64,000 bases of DNA from a virus, in the IMG/VR virus record IMGVR_UViG_3300030333_002570, positions 66,093 to 130,092 of that record, one strand, 5' to 3'. The notes under the pieces are model-generated. The model was not told the origin of the DNA and made no database searches. It was given only the letters and a program-made list of their open reading frames with translations. Every line of letters begins with the position of its first letter. Position 1 is the first letter of the stretch. Position numbers and translations under genes: made by a program. Shown one piece after another: positions 61,789-64,000 of the stretch.

Positions 61789-62829
61789 ATGGCTGAGACC
61801 CAAGCACCCGAGCTAGATAACATGGAAGAAGTGAGTGAAGGTTCCAACGCTGTAACCAAGAATGCAAAACCAGGAGAAAAGATCGACACATCTAAAGGTG
61901 GCGGTAAGAAGGTTATTAATGTAACCACTGATTCTCTTGAAGGAGCTGCTGGCACTAAGAATGCTGGTGCATCTGCTGCTGCATCGGTTAGCGTAGAAGG
62001 ATCTAAGTCACTTAACACAAAACCTTCCGACGCATCTTCTAAACAGGAGGAAGTAGAGAATGACCAAGAAGAAGTCATCCAAGAAGAGACCCCTGAAACC
62101 AAGTACGACTTTACTGAGGATGTTAACGCTCTTGTCGCTGGTCAAGAACTAGACGAAGAGTTCAAAGAAAAAGCAAAAACAATCTTTGAAGCTGTTGTCA
62201 CTGCTCGCGTTAACGATGAAGCTAAGGCGTTGCAAGAGAGTTATGAATCTGCTCTGACTGAAGAAGTCGAAAAGATCAAAACAGAATTGGCTGAAAAAGT
62301 AGATGACTATCTATCTTATGCTGCTGAATCGTGGATGAAGGAAAATTCACTTGCGGTTGAGCACGGTATTAAGACTGAGATGGCTGAGTCATTCTTTGAC
62401 GGTCTTAAAAAGCTATTCGTAGAACAGAACTTTACTGTTCCCGAAGAAAAATTCAACCTGCTAGATGGCATGGCTGAAGAGTTAAATGATATGGAAGCTA
62501 AACTCAACGAGCAAATCGACGCTAATGTATCTTTGAATAAGAGAATTGGCGAATTTACAAGAATGGAGATCGTGAACGAATGTGCTACTGGACTTGCTGA
62601 ATCCCAAAAGGAGAAGCTTGTTTCACTAGCAGAGGGGGTTGAGTTTGAAACTGAAGAAGATTTTCGCAAGAAAGTCGAAACTATCAAGGAATCATACTTC
62701 ACTAGGAAGGCTGAGGTCGCTGAAACAGCAACTGAACCCACCGAAGAAGCTTCAGAACCTTTGGTAGAGAACACCACGACTGGATCTATGGCTAGATACG
62801 TAGATTCCTTATCTCGTTGGTCCAAATAA
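61789..62829 (+). CDS. gp22: Prohead scaffold protein gp22
   Basis: Acidic coiled coil with motifs LDEEFKEKAKTIFEAVV, VDDYLSYAAESWMKEN and KVETIKESYF. Confidence 0.93.
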   Translation: MAETQAPELDNMEEVSEGSNAVTKNAKPGEKIDTSKGGGKKVINVTTDSLEGAAGTKNAGASAAASVSVEGSKSLNTKPSDASSKQEEVENDQEEVIQEETPETKYDFTEDVNALVAGQELDEEFKEKAKTIFEAVVTARVNDEAKALQESYESALTEEVEKIKTELAEKVDDYLSYAAESWMKENSLAVEHGIKTEMAESFFDGLKKLFVEQNFTVPEEKFNLLDGMAEELNDMEAKLNEQIDANVSLNKRIGEFTRMEIVNECATGLAESQKEKLVSLAEGVEFETEEDFRKKVETIKESYFTRKAEVAETATEPTEEASEPLVENTTTGSMARYVDSLSRWSK

Positions 62830-62862
62830 TTAATCAACTTACTACTTTAAATCGGAGACAAA

Positions 62863-64000
62863 ATGTCACTTAAACAACTCCAAGAGAAGTGGGCTCCCGT
62901 TCTAAATCACGATGCTCTCCCAGAGATCGAGGATACTTATAAGAAAGGTGTTGTAGCTCAGCTTCTTGAGAACCAAGAAAAAGCAATTGCAGAAGAAGGA
63001 CAAATTCTTTCTGAGACTCTGCAGACAACAGGTTATACAACAGGCGACACTGCCACAGGTCCAGTTGCTGGTTTCGACCCAGTACTGATCAGCTTGATTC
63101 GTCGTAGTATGCCTCAATTGATCGCCTATGATATTGCTGGCGTTCAACCGATGACAGGTCCTACAGGACTTATCTTCGCGATGAGAACATTCTACGGTAC
63201 TGAGCGTAGACCTGCTAATGGTAACTTCCGTGAGGCACTATTCAACGAGCCTAACGCTGGTTTCTCTGGTGGTGCTGGTCAGGATCTTGCTGAATACGAT
63301 CCTACTGCTTCATCTTCTGCTGTTAACGACGCTGAAGGTAACAACCCAGGACTTCTTAACGATTCTCCTGCTGGTACTTACGAGCAGACTGGTGATGCCA
63401 CAGGCATGACTACAGCTACTGTTGAAGGACTCGACGACTCAGAAGATACTAATGAGTTCAGAGAGATGGGTTTCTCCATCGAGAAAGTAACTGTCACAGC
63501 ACGAGCACGTGCGTTAAAGGCAGAGTACTCAATCGAGATGGCTCAAGACCTCAAGGCTATTCATGGATTGGATGCAGAGCAAGAACTTGCTAACATTCTT
63601 TCTACTGAGATCCTTGCTGAAATCAACAGAGAAGTTGTTCGTACAATCTACGTTAACGCTGTTGCTGGTGCTCAGAACAATACTGCTAACGGTGGTATCT
63701 TCGACCTTGACGTTGACAGTAATGGTCGTTGGTCTGTTGAGAAGTTCAAAGGACTTCTGTTCCAGATCGAAAGAGATGCTAACGCTATCGGTCAGCAAAC
63801 TCGTCGCGGGAAGGGCAACATCTTGATCTGCTCTGCAGACGTTGCTTCTGCTCTAGGTATGGCTGGCGTTCTTGATTACGCTCCTGCTCTTAATGGTAAC
63901 AACGGTTTGACAGGTGTAGACGATACATCTTCAACTCTTGTTGGTACTCTTAACGGACGCATCAAGGTTTACGTTGACCCATATTCTGCTAACGTTGCTG
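62863..64000 (+). CDS. gp23: Major capsid protein gp23, 3'-truncated (absent from the ORF track)
   Basis: Translation reads MSLKQLQEKWAPVL...FDPVLISLIRRSMPQLIAYDIAGVQPMTGPTGLIFAMR...RALKAEYSIEMAQDLKAIHGLDAEQELANIL. GGAG SD. Runs off the window. Confidence 0.97.
   Translation, partial: MSLKQLQEKWAPVLNHDALPEIEDTYKKGVVAQLLENQEKAIAEEGQILSETLQTTGYTTGDTATGPVAGFDPVLISLIRRSMPQLIAYDIAGVQPMTGPTGLIFAMRTFYGTERRPANGNFREALFNEPNAGFSGGAGQDLAEYDPTASSSAVNDAEGNNPGLLNDSPAGTYEQTGDATGMTTATVEGLDDSEDTNEFREMGFSIEKVTVTARARALKAEYSIEMAQDLKAIHGLDAEQELANILSTEILAEINREVVRTIYVNAVAGAQNNTANGGIFDLDVDSNGRWSVEKFKGLLFQIERDANAIGQQTRRGKGNILICSADVASALGMAGVLDYAPALNGNNGLTGVDDTSSTLVGTLNGRIKVYVDPYSANVA

Noticed and set aside
62316-62837. 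173-aa minus-strand ORF and other antisense ORFs over gp18-gp23
   Set aside because: They are fully contained opposite conserved essential genes, and all supported transcription signals are on the + strand.
54419-64000. Possible introns, inteins or homing endonucleases in gp17, gp20 or gp23
   Set aside because: The frames are continuous and of ordinary length, with no splice-junction or HNH/GIY-YIG/LAGLIDADG motifs seen.

Overview
All supportable genes lie on the + strand. The window is the virion-structure region of a low-GC, T4-like marine cyanomyovirus (Kyanoviridae-type, Prochlorococcus/Synechococcus host inferred from petE and purM and from gene order). Order: a 5'-truncated giant gp7-like baseplate protein of more than 8010 aa, two accessory virion proteins, gp8, a VrlC/DUF4815-like protein, two small coiled-coil ORFs, a 2607-aa fibre, gp13-gp14-gp15-gp16, an accessory island (petE, purM, an SNase-like nuclease, small ORFs), then gp17-gp18-gp19-gp20-gp67-like-gp21-gp22 and a 3'-truncated gp23. 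T4-type late promoter motifs (TATAAATA/ATAAATA/CTAAATA) and two GCAA-loop terminators are visible. I saw no tRNA, CRISPR array, intron, intein, homing endonuclease or reverse transcriptase. The main unexplained structure is recursive, matryoshka-like domain insertion. About 2220 aa of the giant protein parse by hand into 21 copies of a ~105-aa His/Cys/YPR domain nested inside one another up to 8 levels deep. All brackets close, and one copy is circularly permuted. The fibre C-terminus has a separate 6-level telescopic nest of a different domain. All product names come from recognising motifs by eye, not from database searches.
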